64,000 nucleotides of DNA from an uncultured virus (IMG/VR IMGVR_UViG_3300033571_005398) (IMGVR_UViG_3300033571_005398:1-64000), one strand, 5' to 3'. Positions 1-7,910 are shown, numbered from the stretch's first letter. Notes: generated by a model from the sequence alone, not told the origin. Translations and numbers: made by a program.

Positions 1-6
1 ACGACA

Positions 7-63
7 GCCAGACCAGCAGGCTCCCGGGTGCAAGCCCCGGGCTGGCACGACCGGCCTTGCCGG
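7..63 (+). ncRNA. tRNA-like mini-element copy 1 (5-bp stem, 11-nt linker, 6-bp T-arm) plus downstream hairpin
   Basis: GCCAG(7-11)/CTGGC(42-46); CCCGGG-TGCAAGC-CCCGGG; then CCGGC-CTT-GCCGG and AACGAAAGGA before ATG 82. Confidence 0.75.
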
Positions 64-81
64 GAAACGAAAGGAAACAAC

Positions 82-297
82 ATGGCACTCACCTTCACAT
101 ACACCGAAACAAGAACACACCGCATCACCGTAGATAGAGACGTTTACATTCCTGCCGTAGGCGTTGCTGACCGTCTCCTTGACGGAGAATGCGACCTCAA
201 CGACCCCCGGGTAATCTCGTGGGAGAAAGAGGAGTCGACCTTTCAGTTGGAGGGTTGGAAGAAAGCAGAACCTACAAAACCTGCCCAAGAGCAATAG
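82..297 (+). CDS. hypothetical early protein
   Basis: ATG at 82 behind GAAAGGA SD; 71 aa. Confidence 0.75.
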   Translation: MALTFTYTETRTHRITVDRDVYIPAVGVADRLLDGECDLNDPRVISWEKEESTFQLEGWKKAEPTKPAQEQ

Positions 298-313
298 CAC
301 AAGCATTACCAAA

Positions 314-370
314 GCCTGACCAGCAGACACTCCGGTGCAAGTCCGGGGCAGGCACTACGGCCTAGCCGTA
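314..370 (+). ncRNA. tRNA-like mini-element copy 2 plus hairpin
   Basis: GCCTG/CAGGC; CTCCGG-TGCAAGT-CCGGGG; TACGGC-CTA-GCCGTA; GAAAGG SD before ATG 388. Confidence 0.75.
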
Positions 371-387
371 CAACAGAAAGGTACACA

Positions 388-654
388 ATGAGCATTACAA
401 CAGAGAAAGTAAGCCCCAACATTGCAACCACCCGACGTGACGATGGGCGTGGAGACCCGGTGGTAGTCACGACCACCTTGACCCTGAGCGACATGACCCT
501 CATCGAGATTCGCTTGAGTAATGGAACCAACAGAATCAAGAAACTCTCGTGCTACATTTCGAACGAACACGCTCGATTGTTCGCCGAGGCCATCCTGACC
601 AACGTAAGCAACTTTGAGCAGGGCGTAAAAATCTTTGAGGAGGCAGGCAAATGA
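388..654 (+). CDS. hypothetical early protein
   Basis: SD GAAAGG; 88 aa; ATGA overlap with next gene. Confidence 0.75.
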   Translation: MSITTEKVSPNIATTRRDDGRGDPVVVTTTLTLSDMTLIEIRLSNGTNRIKKLSCYISNEHARLFAEAILTNVSNFEQGVKIFEEAGK

Positions 655-944
655 GCCCCAAGTACCGAGTGTGGTTCAAGGACTACGAAAACCGTTGTTG
701 GATGCCCCTGAGTTGGTCGCCCATCTTTACCTCGTGGGACGAGGGGAAGGCGTGGATGGCCAGCGACGAGCGTGACTGGGAGTTCCCGGTCAGCCTTGAA
801 GCCATCGCTTCCTGTGAAGAGTGCGATGGCCTCATTGGCAATTCGGTCTTCGAGCAGACCCACGGCTACACGCTGTGCCACAACTGCATTACCAACAAGA
901 CAGCAAAACCTGTATCCATGCACGCCCCCGGATACGGTGACTAG
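651..944 (+). CDS. hypothetical protein with C-terminal Zn finger
   Basis: CEEC...CHNC; translational coupling. Confidence 0.7.
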   Translation: MSPKYRVWFKDYENRCWMPLSWSPIFTSWDEGKAWMASDERDWEFPVSLEAIASCEECDGLIGNSVFEQTHGYTLCHNCITNKTAKPVSMHAPGYGD

Positions 945-951
945 CACCAAA

Positions 952-1008
952 GCCTGACTAGCAGAGACCCGGGTGCGACTCCCGGGCAGGCACTGCGACT
1001 CCGGTCGC
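952..1008 (+). ncRNA. tRNA-like mini-element copy 3 plus hairpin
   Basis: GCCTG/CAGGC; CCCGGG-TGCGACT-CCCGGG; GCGAC-TCCG-GTCGC; AACGAAAGGA before ATG 1026. Confidence 0.75.
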
Positions 1009-1025
1009 CTAACGAAAGGAATACC

Positions 1026-1310
1026 ATGAGTACAAAATACATACGCTTCGCGTACAACAAGTCGCTCGACCGACTGAGCGCCGAGTTCCTCGTTGTTGAG
1101 CCTCTCGACATCGTGACCGAACACGAGACCAACCTGTCCAACACTGAGATTGAGTTTCTCGAAGAGTACCTCGACTTCACGCGCCTGTACAACGGCGATG
1201 CGATGTTCGTGACCGTCAAGCCTGAAGACATCGAGCGCGTGTTCGAGACCAGCGAGATGGACGACACCAACTTCCGAGACATGTACGACCGATTCGTGGA
1301 GGCAAAATAA
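1026..1310 (+). CDS. acidic hypothetical protein
   Basis: strong SD; 94 aa. Confidence 0.75.
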   Translation: MSTKYIRFAYNKSLDRLSAEFLVVEPLDIVTEHETNLSNTEIEFLEEYLDFTRLYNGDAMFVTVKPEDIERVFETSEMDDTNFRDMYDRFVEAK

Positions 1311-1816
1311 TGGGAAAAATCACACTGGATATTGCTGGTAGTGGCTCGTTTATCAACGCTGAGGGCGACCTCGTTCGTGGCAAGCGCTCGGTGACCGTTG
1401 CCGAGGGCGACCTCAAGAGCGCGTCATACGCGCTGACCAACGGTAACTGCCACAGTCTTGCTGTGGCGCTCCACCTCGAAACTGGATTCCCCATCGTGGC
1501 GTTCTTTCCCAACGAGGCCGATGTCGACGATGTCGACGACGAGTGGTACGACGAGGGTTACTCGGAACGCGTACAGCACTTTGCGGTGCTGTCGCCCGAG
1601 GGCTTCGTCCTCGACGGCGATGGCGCTCAGCCACTAGACGAGGTGCTTGACCGCACATTGTGGGAAGAGTCTGAAGGCTGGACGATTGACCAACTGATTG
1701 CTCAGATTGACGAAGAGAACCAGCAAGAAGACGTGTCTTGGAACCCCTTGTGCCCTCCTCTTGTACAGTCATTCGTACAGCCAATACTGGATGTGTACAA
1801 AAGCCTCGCCAAATAG
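1310..1816 (+). CDS. hypothetical protein with putative Cys-His-Asp (papain/transglutaminase-like) triad
   Basis: GNCHSLAVAL ... VQHFAV ... VLDGDG; TAATG coupling. Confidence 0.6.
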   Translation: MGKITLDIAGSGSFINAEGDLVRGKRSVTVAEGDLKSASYALTNGNCHSLAVALHLETGFPIVAFFPNEADVDDVDDEWYDEGYSERVQHFAVLSPEGFVLDGDGAQPLDEVLDRTLWEESEGWTIDQLIAQIDEENQQEDVSWNPLCPPLVQSFVQPILDVYKSLAK

Positions 1817-1915
1817 AGTTCCGTGCGAACGGCCGCGGGAGTTCCAGCAACACCTCAGCAATACATGTTTTGTACAAGCCTGTACAGAGCCCATACAAAA
1901 AGGAGAACCAAGCAG

Positions 1916-2083
1916 ATGGATGAAAACACTCGGCGCATCAACGAAACCGTACGAATCATCAAAACGTACACAGAAGTGATGAAGGTGGCCATTTCGTACA
2001 CAGAAGGGATGATTACTCCGCAAGTAGCGATGGAGCAAATCGTTTACCTGTGCATGGATAGCAACCCCGAAGATGCCAAGTGA
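1916..2083 (+). CDS. hypothetical protein
   Basis: AAGGAG SD before ATG 1916. Confidence 0.65.
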   Translation: MDENTRRINETVRIIKTYTEVMKVAISYTEGMITPQVAMEQIVYLCMDSNPEDAK

Positions 2084-2313
2084 AGAGCGTCACGGACAAG
2101 CAAGCCGTGGCAGAAGCAATCCACGAACTGTGGAAGTGTTACGTCGACCACGGTCGGCCAATGACAGAGGACACGCTGGAATGTTTGCGCGTACTCAACA
2201 ACGCTAAGGAGGAGGCCGAGTGGCTCGACGACGAGGCCTTCTCTCAGCAATACCAAAACGCTATTCAGATGGCACGAACAATAAAAGGAGAACACACATG
2301 CAAGACGAAGTAA
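2080..2313 (+). CDS. hypothetical protein
   Basis: GTGA overlap with previous stop. Confidence 0.6.
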   Translation: MKSVTDKQAVAEAIHELWKCYVDHGRPMTEDTLECLRVLNNAKEEAEWLDDEAFSQQYQNAIQMARTIKGEHTCKTK

Positions 2314-2477
2314 CTCTCAGCCTTGAACAGGTGCGCCGGATGTCGGCAGAAGCCTTTCAAGCAGGCGTACAGAGCGAGCGTGAGCGCTTGCTGGAAGTTG
2401 TAAAGGACGACACGCACCCCATCTGGTTTGGGGCGCGTCAGTCCGCTTTCATCGACCTAGTGGAGGGGAAGGTATGA
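2298..2477 (+). CDS. small hypothetical protein (ERER-I/L paralog family)
   Basis: AAGGAG SD; AGVQSERERLLEVV. Confidence 0.65.
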   Translation: MQDEVTLSLEQVRRMSAEAFQAGVQSERERLLEVVKDDTHPIWFGARQSAFIDLVEGKV

Positions 2478-2632
2478 CTTCACCCACCTCAGCACAACGC
2501 AATTTCGTGCGTGGTCAGGAGGCTGAGCGCGAGCGCATCATCGCGCTTCTCGAAACCGAATGTGAGTGTGACCCTGACCACCGGTGCACTTATCACCGCA
2601 TGATTACGATTATCAAGGAAGGAAACAAATGA
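2474..2632 (+). CDS. small hypothetical protein (ERER-I/L paralog family), not in ORF track
   Basis: GGAGG SD, ATGA overlaps at both ends; MTSPTSAQRNFVRGQEAERERIIALLETECECDPDHRC... Confidence 0.65.
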   Translation: MTSPTSAQRNFVRGQEAERERIIALLETECECDPDHRCTYHRMITIIKEGNK

Positions 2633-2805
2633 ACACCTACGAAATAACTTGGCAAGAAACAACGCTAAGACGCGTTATCGTCGAAGGCGCTTCCCGACAA
2701 GAAGCGTGGGAGTTGTTTGGGGAGAGCAAGGGGAAGGTGGTTCGGAGCAAAAAGATTATGGTAGGTGTTCCGGCGATTCAACTCATAAACCCCGAGAGCA
2801 AGTAG
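2629..2805 (+). CDS. hypothetical protein
   Basis: AAGGA SD; MNTYEITWQETT... Confidence 0.65.
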   Translation: MNTYEITWQETTLRRVIVEGASRQEAWELFGESKGKVVRSKKIMVGVPAIQLINPESK

Positions 2806-2812
2806 CAACAAA

Positions 2813-2868
2813 GCCTGACCAGCAGACCCCCCGGTGCAAGTCCGGGGCAGGCACAGCGACTAGGTCGC
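2813..2868 (+). ncRNA. tRNA-like mini-element copy 4 plus hairpin
   Basis: GCCTG/CAGGC; CCCCGG-TGCAAGT-CCGGGG; GCGAC-TAG-GTCGC; AACGAAAGGAG before ATG 2886. Confidence 0.75.
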
Positions 2869-2885
2869 GTAACGAAAGGAGCAAC

Positions 2886-3215
2886 ATGGGTACGATACAA
2901 AACATATTCAAAGATGCTGTAGTGGCCGTACAGGCCATACAGGAAGCACGACACCATCGAAAGAGGTACCTCTGGGTAGCCTTCTGGTCTACCGGACGTG
3001 AGCAGAACGTAGAGTTCACGGCCAAGTCCTCACGTCTTTTGAAGCGTGAGGTGGGTGACCTGCTCAAGGGCATGGTGATTGCCAACGCAATAAAAGAGTC
3101 GACTGGAAATACCGACATACTTCTGTCGGCACACCTCATCAGCGCAACACAGGGGTTGCTCTCCGAGTACCTTGTGGAGAAAGACCAAGTCGTCGAGTTG
3201 GATGTAAGGAAATAG
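2886..3215 (+). CDS. hypothetical protein
   Basis: ATG 2886 behind AAGGAG. Confidence 0.7.
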   Translation: MGTIQNIFKDAVVAVQAIQEARHHRKRYLWVAFWSTGREQNVEFTAKSSRLLKREVGDLLKGMVIANAIKESTGNTDILLSAHLISATQGLLSEYLVEKDQVVELDVRK

Positions 3216-3249
3216 TTGTAAAGCCGCTGCACCCCGTGGCGGTACCCAT

Positions 3250-3300
3250 GATGGACGGCTGTTGTACATACGCGTACAGCAGTCGTCCATCTTTATTTTT
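3250..3300 (+). terminator. intrinsic terminator
   Basis: 18-bp stem GATGGACGGCTGTTGTAC/GTACAGCAGTCGTCCATC (2 G-U pairs) followed by TTTATTTTT. Confidence 0.7.
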
Positions 3301-3312
3301 ATTGGAGGTCTC

Positions 3313-3477
3313 GTGCCAAAAGAATCCCTTGGTACTTCGTTGTTTGGTTGGTGTCTACCGGATGATAACAACCACAAAAACTGCATCGTAGCGTTTGAAT
3401 CGTACAATGCGACCGTCACTTGTGGGTGCGATTGCCACCCTAAAGACGCAAAAGATGTACCAGAAGAAACCGACTAA
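3313..3477 (+). CDS. small Cys/His-rich protein
   Basis: GGAGG SD + GTG; WC..H..C...CGCDCH. Confidence 0.55.
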   Translation: MPKESLGTSLFGWCLPDDNNHKNCIVAFESYNATVTCGCDCHPKDAKDVPEETD

Positions 3478-3499
3478 ACTAATCACAGGAGGGTTAGAA

Positions 3500-4000
3500 A
3501 TGCAGACATTTATTACATCGACCAATGGGCGTTATGCGTTTGAAATGACCGCACAGCAGTTGGACAACAAGCGCCTCAACAAGCAGGCGCTTGAGGCTTG
3601 GCAGATTATGCTGACCAACCTCAAACTCGACCCAGAGGGCAACCACCGGGAGCCCAAGGGCTGGTACAACCACCCGGCCACCAAGATGTGGCGAGGCTAC
3701 GAAGTTGCTTTGGGGCACTACATAGATTGGATGTGCGAAGAGTGGCGCGAGCGTGGTTACAAGACCACCATCGACACCAAAGCACACGCCACACTGGAGC
3801 GTGCCCGAGCACTGGGCATCCTTGACGAGGCCGGAACATTACCGCCATGGGCCGAAGACGGCCCTCGGATGGATGCTATTGCTTCAAGCCACCGCACGGC
3901 CCTGCTGTGCAAGAACTACGCGTGGTACAGCCAGTTTGGCTGGGCTGAGGATACTGGAGTCGCCCCAGAAGCCTATGAGTACGTCTGGGGAGCCCGATGA
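3500..4000 (+). CDS. pyrimidine-dimer DNA glycosylase-like protein (MSMEG_6728/DenV-related)
   Basis: MQTF...LDNKRLNKQALEAWQI...WYNHPATKMWRGYE...SHRTALLCK...YVW family pattern. Confidence 0.8.
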   Translation: MQTFITSTNGRYAFEMTAQQLDNKRLNKQALEAWQIMLTNLKLDPEGNHREPKGWYNHPATKMWRGYEVALGHYIDWMCEEWRERGYKTTIDTKAHATLERARALGILDEAGTLPPWAEDGPRMDAIASSHRTALLCKNYAWYSQFGWAEDTGVAPEAYEYVWGAR

Positions 4001-4209
4001 GGGGAACCCCTAAAGAACTGACTATCCTCATTCGCAAGGCCGAGAGGCAGGGATGGATAGTCACTCGAAGAACCAACAATCACCTGAAGTGGAGGTCTCC
4101 CGATGGGACTTCTGTATGGTCGTCCGGCACACCGTCCGACATCAACGCCGTGTTTCAAATACAGCGGAACCTCAAACAGCACGGCTATCAAGAGCAGGAA
4201 GCACAATGA
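3997..4209 (+). CDS. HicA-like toxin
   Basis: 70 aa; LIRKAERQGWIV..TNNHLKWRSPDG...GTPSD...RNLKQHG. Confidence 0.6.
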   Translation: MRGTPKELTILIRKAERQGWIVTRRTNNHLKWRSPDGTSVWSSGTPSDINAVFQIQRNLKQHGYQEQEAQ

Positions 4210-4511
4210 ACACCCCCCAAGTTGACCCCGACAATGCGCTCTGCGCTCAAACAGCACCAGACGTATTCTTTCCACCCCCGGGCGACAGTGGCATGTCTAA
4301 CTCGGCCAAGCGTATTTGCTCAATGTGCCCCGAGGTAGAAGTCTGCCTAACTGTTGCCATAGCAAACAATGAAACACATGGTATCTGGGGAGGCGCGTCA
4401 GAGTGGGAGCGTGCTCGCATCCGTCGTGGTCACCGTACAAAAGAAGTACACATCAAAGAACTGAAGGAGCGATTCAATGAAAACAACACCTCGAAAGGTA
4501 AAAAGAAATGA
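4206..4511 (+). CDS. whiB: WhiB-family transcription factor
   Basis: C-x(n)-FFP...CSMCPEVEVC...HGIWGG. Confidence 0.9.
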   Translation: MNTPQVDPDNALCAQTAPDVFFPPPGDSGMSNSAKRICSMCPEVEVCLTVAIANNETHGIWGGASEWERARIRRGHRTKEVHIKELKERFNENNTSKGKKK

Positions 4512-4711
4512 ACAACCTGAGCAACAACTGGATGACCGCAAGGGAGTTGGCCGAGCACGCTGGCATAAACTACCCAAATCTCTGGACGTATCGAAAGCGA
4601 GGCATCCTTCCAATGCCGGATATGTACGTCGGGAACAAGCCCCTGTGGAGCAAGGCGCTAGTCGACTCGTGGGACTTCCAAAACCAAAAGATTGAATTAG
4701 TGGAGGAGTAA
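4508..4711 (+). CDS. HTH DNA-binding protein, excisionase/AlpA-like
   Basis: MTARELAEHAGI...YRKRGILPMPD...PLW; directly upstream of the integrase. Confidence 0.7.
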   Translation: MNNLSNNWMTARELAEHAGINYPNLWTYRKRGILPMPDMYVGNKPLWSKALVDSWDFQNQKIELVEE

Positions 4712-5964
4712 TGGTCTACGCCATAGCGCGTGGCAGTCGATTCACCGGGTACTACCGAGACAAAGGTGGTACCCGGAAATCGGCCGGTACGTTTGATACA
4801 GAAGCAGAAGCCTTAGCAAGAGCAGAGGTTGCCCAAGAGCAGGGCGAACTTGGAGAGTACCGCCTGAGCATGACTTTGGCCGAGTACGTCCGAGCATGGC
4901 TGGCGAACGCCGACCTGATGCCCATCACCAAAAAAAATTACCAGTCTGTGTTGTCTACACATGTATTGCCAGTGCTGGGCACAAAGAAGATTGGCGAGAT
5001 TACTCGTGTGCAGGTTCGGATGCTGCTTCAACGGCTTTCTACGGCTGGATTGAGCGGTGCTGTACGCACGCATGTGAAGTCTGCTTTGGGCTCTGCCTTC
5101 AAGGAGTTGCTGGAGTATGACCTAATCGAGGTGAACCCTACCCACAAGGTTACGGTGAAGACCGTACGAAAGACCGTGGGAATCAACGTGATGAGTCCAG
5201 AGGAGTTTCACGGAGTATTGCCGTACTTGCCAAACGACAGCGCGAGGTTGCTGGCCAAGATGCTTGTGGTTTCTGGGTGTCGATTTGGTGAGGCAACAGA
5301 ACTCCGACTGTCAGACTTGGATGCGACTACGAATGAAGTCCATGTTCGCCGTCGCGTAAGTGACCTCGGTGCGCAGGTAAACGAAGGCAAGCGCTTTCGA
5401 GTAATCGAAGGAACAAAGAGCGGCCGAACAAGAGTAATTACTCTAGGAAAGCCTCTAATGGATGAGTTGATGTCTTACGCTGTACAGCACCATGTACAGC
5501 AAGAGGAGTTACTGTTTCCCCGCCGCCGGGTTGCCAAAAAGATTGTGGACATCTCGTCGCCGAAGAAAGAGATGGAGCATGAGCATGGAACTCGAACCGG
5601 GTACACCAAGGGCGGTTGTCGATGTGTCGAATGTCGAACAGCCAACATGCTGTACCAGCAGAACTGGAGAATGCTAAAAGGTCAGTTGACTGGTGCGTCC
5701 AGCACCAATAGCGAAGACCATCTCTCTCGAGATGTATGGCGTACGATATGGCGTACAGCAGTTCGCCTGTCCGGCATGACATGGATGCCTCGAACGCATG
5801 ACCTGCGCCACACAAACGCAACTCAGTTACTCAAGAATGGAGTTGACTTGCACGAAGTCAAGGAGCGTCTTGGCCACCAGTCAATTTCTACAACAGAAGG
5901 GTACTTGCACCGAGTCCGTCAGCAAGTATCGAAAGCACATGAAGCAGTAGCAGACTTCATGTAG
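4711..5964 (+). CDS. int: tyrosine integrase with inserted Zn-binding motif
   Basis: SGCRFGE (R), TKSG (K), HDLRH, LGH, EGY catalytic set is intact. Confidence 0.9.
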   Translation: MVYAIARGSRFTGYYRDKGGTRKSAGTFDTEAEALARAEVAQEQGELGEYRLSMTLAEYVRAWLANADLMPITKKNYQSVLSTHVLPVLGTKKIGEITRVQVRMLLQRLSTAGLSGAVRTHVKSALGSAFKELLEYDLIEVNPTHKVTVKTVRKTVGINVMSPEEFHGVLPYLPNDSARLLAKMLVVSGCRFGEATELRLSDLDATTNEVHVRRRVSDLGAQVNEGKRFRVIEGTKSGRTRVITLGKPLMDELMSYAVQHHVQQEELLFPRRRVAKKIVDISSPKKEMEHEHGTRTGYTKGGCRCVECRTANMLYQQNWRMLKGQLTGASSTNSEDHLSRDVWRTIWRTAVRLSGMTWMPRTHDLRHTNATQLLKNGVDLHEVKERLGHQSISTTEGYLHRVRQQVSKAHEAVADFM

Positions 5965-5978
5965 AGAAGCCGTACCAG

Positions 5979-6017
5979 AAGAGGAAGCCTTACCAGAAGG
6001 GTGGGGCTTCCTCTTTT
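5979..6017. terminator. terminator between convergent arms
   Basis: AAGAGGAAGCCTTACC/GGTGGGGCTTCCTCTT stem then TT. Confidence 0.7.
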
Positions 6018-6387
6018 ACATGCGCTCAGCGTGCTTGTCGGTTACAAAAACCCCAAGGCCACCTTTGCGAATATAGCGTGCAAGTTTGGTGATTCGTTCC
6101 GGGCTATCTTCAAGCCACCCCAAAGCTGTATTGCAGCCCGAACACAAGAGCCCCCTAACTTCATTAGTAACATGGTCATGGTCAAGGCAAAGCGTATGCT
6201 CGTATCCTCGCGCGTCGTCTCCGCAGGAAGCACACTTATAGTTTTGAGCCTTGGCGATAGCCATGTACTGGTCTTCGTCAATTCCGTACAGATAACGTTT
6301 TTGGCTAAAAGCCTTTCGCCTAACACGGGTAGTGACAGGTTCGTCAATGATAATTACTTCGCTGTTTTCGAGAGTCCGTTGTTTCAT
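6016..6387 (-). CDS. endonuclease VII-like (His-Me) nuclease
   Basis: CASC...LDHDHVTNEVRGLLCSGCNTALG. Confidence 0.9.
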   Translation of the reverse strand: MKQRTLENSEVIIIDEPVTTRVRRKAFSQKRYLYGIDEDQYMAIAKAQNYKCASCGDDARGYEHTLCLDHDHVTNEVRGLLCSGCNTALGWLEDSPERITKLARYIRKGGLGVFVTDKHAERM

Positions 6388-6413
6388 AGCCTATGTAGTC
6401 CTATTGTCTACTA

Positions 6414-7910
6414 TCAGTCTTCGATTGACTGGCGGATAATTGTCGTCGTCTGCTCTTCGTTGAGCGGTTGTTCCATTTCTCTAAGTGCCTGTGCTCTGTC
6501 GCCAAATATAGCCGAGAGCACACCTCCAGCAGACTGTCGTTCTGCGGTGATTCGTACAAACTCCCGGTTCTCTTCCAACTCCTTTACAGACTGGACAAGT
6601 TTGAACAACCGGTCGATTTCTTGCGAGGTGTTTGGGTCGGCGTAACCGCCATTCATTTCTTCAGAGAAACGCATAAAAGCCACTCTTTGCCCTTGCATTT
6701 CAATTATTGCAGTGAGCAGAGACTTGAGTTGTTCTTTGGTTTTTACCTCTACTGGAAGATTGAAAGCACAGGTGTTATTCTCTTTGAAAGCAGGGCATGT
6801 AGAGGCCACAAAGCAAGTGTCGCACTGGCGGATAGATGTTGCATTTGTGTGTACAACAGGAACCTGTTTGAGGATGTCGTTGCCCGCATCGTCGGTGTCC
6901 ACAATAGTCTTCATTTGGTAGCCAAAGACAGGCATGGAAGTGACTTCTTGTGGGTCTCGCTGAATTACCTCTGCCCGTTCGGGTTTCCGCATCTCAACAC
7001 CGCTGTTAGTAGAAGTACCCCCTATCAAATCCATCAAACCGGTGTATAGGGTGTCGTCACTGTTGTCTACTATCTTGCCACCTTTGATGGCTTTCAAGTC
7101 TGGTTTGTCTTTATCCATGGTCTTCTCCAACTGTAAATATGACCAGATTGCTAAGCGGGTGGCCTCAAGAGTGTCGTCTGAAATGAACTTATCGAAGTCT
7201 AGTCCGGCGTTTGTCACTACCGCTCGGTAACGAGGACGAGCTTGAGCCTTCATCTTCTTGGGGTAACGTACGAGTTTTGTACCATCCCATACGATGGTTT
7301 CTCCGCGTCGCATAGGCGACAAGTAAGACAGAGTAGAAGCAGAAGCAAAAGGAATCTGACGAAGGTTGTCTGGCTTGGCCGTAGCCAGTGCATGGAACGT
7401 GACGGGGTGCTTGCTCAACAAGCCTCGAGTCAGGCCAGCCAAAGAAGTCACCGACTCGATGGTAGAAGATGGAATAGCAATGTTGGAGTACTCCGCTGCC
7501 CATCGCTGGAGCACCATTGTGCCGTACGCCTCATGCCAGACCACCCACATCTTGGGGTCATGTTCAAAGGCTGCACGGTTCTGCTGAATCTTGGGCAACC
7601 CAAATTTCTGGCTGTCAAACTCAACCCAGCCCTCAATGCGGTCATGGTTTACAGCAATAAAATCTTCGTAATCTGCAGCGTACTCTTCAAGTTCACGTTC
7701 AGACAAGTTAGATTTGTCGGCCTGTACAGCACCAGAGTCAACCCAGACTTTCATGCCGGGAAAGAAGTGCTCGTCAATGAGGTACAACTTGGTTTTAGGA
7801 AGCCCGCGTTTGCGCAAGCCCCAGTAAGAAAGCATGACTTGCTCAACGCCGTTGCGCTCAAGAAGAGTCCTGTTACTGGGAATCTCTACTCCGCCAAAAA
7901 TCAACTTCAT
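6414..7910 (-). CDS. TGT/DpdA-like TIM-barrel domain fused to Cys4 and helical C-terminal domain
   Basis: VMLSY, VWVDSGA, FHALAT...IPFASASTLSY...RRG; CDTC...CP...C in the C-terminal half. Confidence 0.45.
   Translation of the reverse strand: MKLIFGGVEIPSNRTLLERNGVEQVMLSYWGLRKRGLPKTKLYLIDEHFFPGMKVWVDSGAVQADKSNLSERELEEYAADYEDFIAVNHDRIEGWVEFDSQKFGLPKIQQNRAAFEHDPKMWVVWHEAYGTMVLQRWAAEYSNIAIPSSTIESVTSLAGLTRGLLSKHPVTFHALATAKPDNLRQIPFASASTLSYLSPMRRGETIVWDGTKLVRYPKKMKAQARPRYRAVVTNAGLDFDKFISDDTLEATRLAIWSYLQLEKTMDKDKPDLKAIKGGKIVDNSDDTLYTGLMDLIGGTSTNSGVEMRKPERAEVIQRDPQEVTSMPVFGYQMKTIVDTDDAGNDILKQVPVVHTNATSIRQCDTCFVASTCPAFKENNTCAFNLPVEVKTKEQLKSLLTAIIEMQGQRVAFMRFSEEMNGGYADPNTSQEIDRLFKLVQSVKELEENREFVRITAERQSAGGVLSAIFGDRAQALREMEQPLNEEQTTTIIRQSIED

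Noticed and set aside
1817..1915. Intergenic gap as a fifth tRNA-like copy
   Set aside because: Only a weak imperfect hairpin; lacks the AGCAG linker and T-loop
7..2868. Repeats as a CRISPR array, true tRNAs or cobalamin riboswitches
   Set aside because: Spacing is irregular and gene-sized; there is no D-stem or anticodon arm; CCGGTGCAAGTCCGG resembles the B12 riboswitch T-loop, but the GGGAA and B12-box elements are missing
6001..6645. 214-aa + strand ORF after the integrase
   Set aside because: Starts inside the terminator and lies antisense to endoVII and the TGT-like gene
6414..7910. Complete 7-deazaguanine DNA modification pathway
   Set aside because: No folE/queD/queE/queC in the window, and the second catalytic Asp motif looks degenerate
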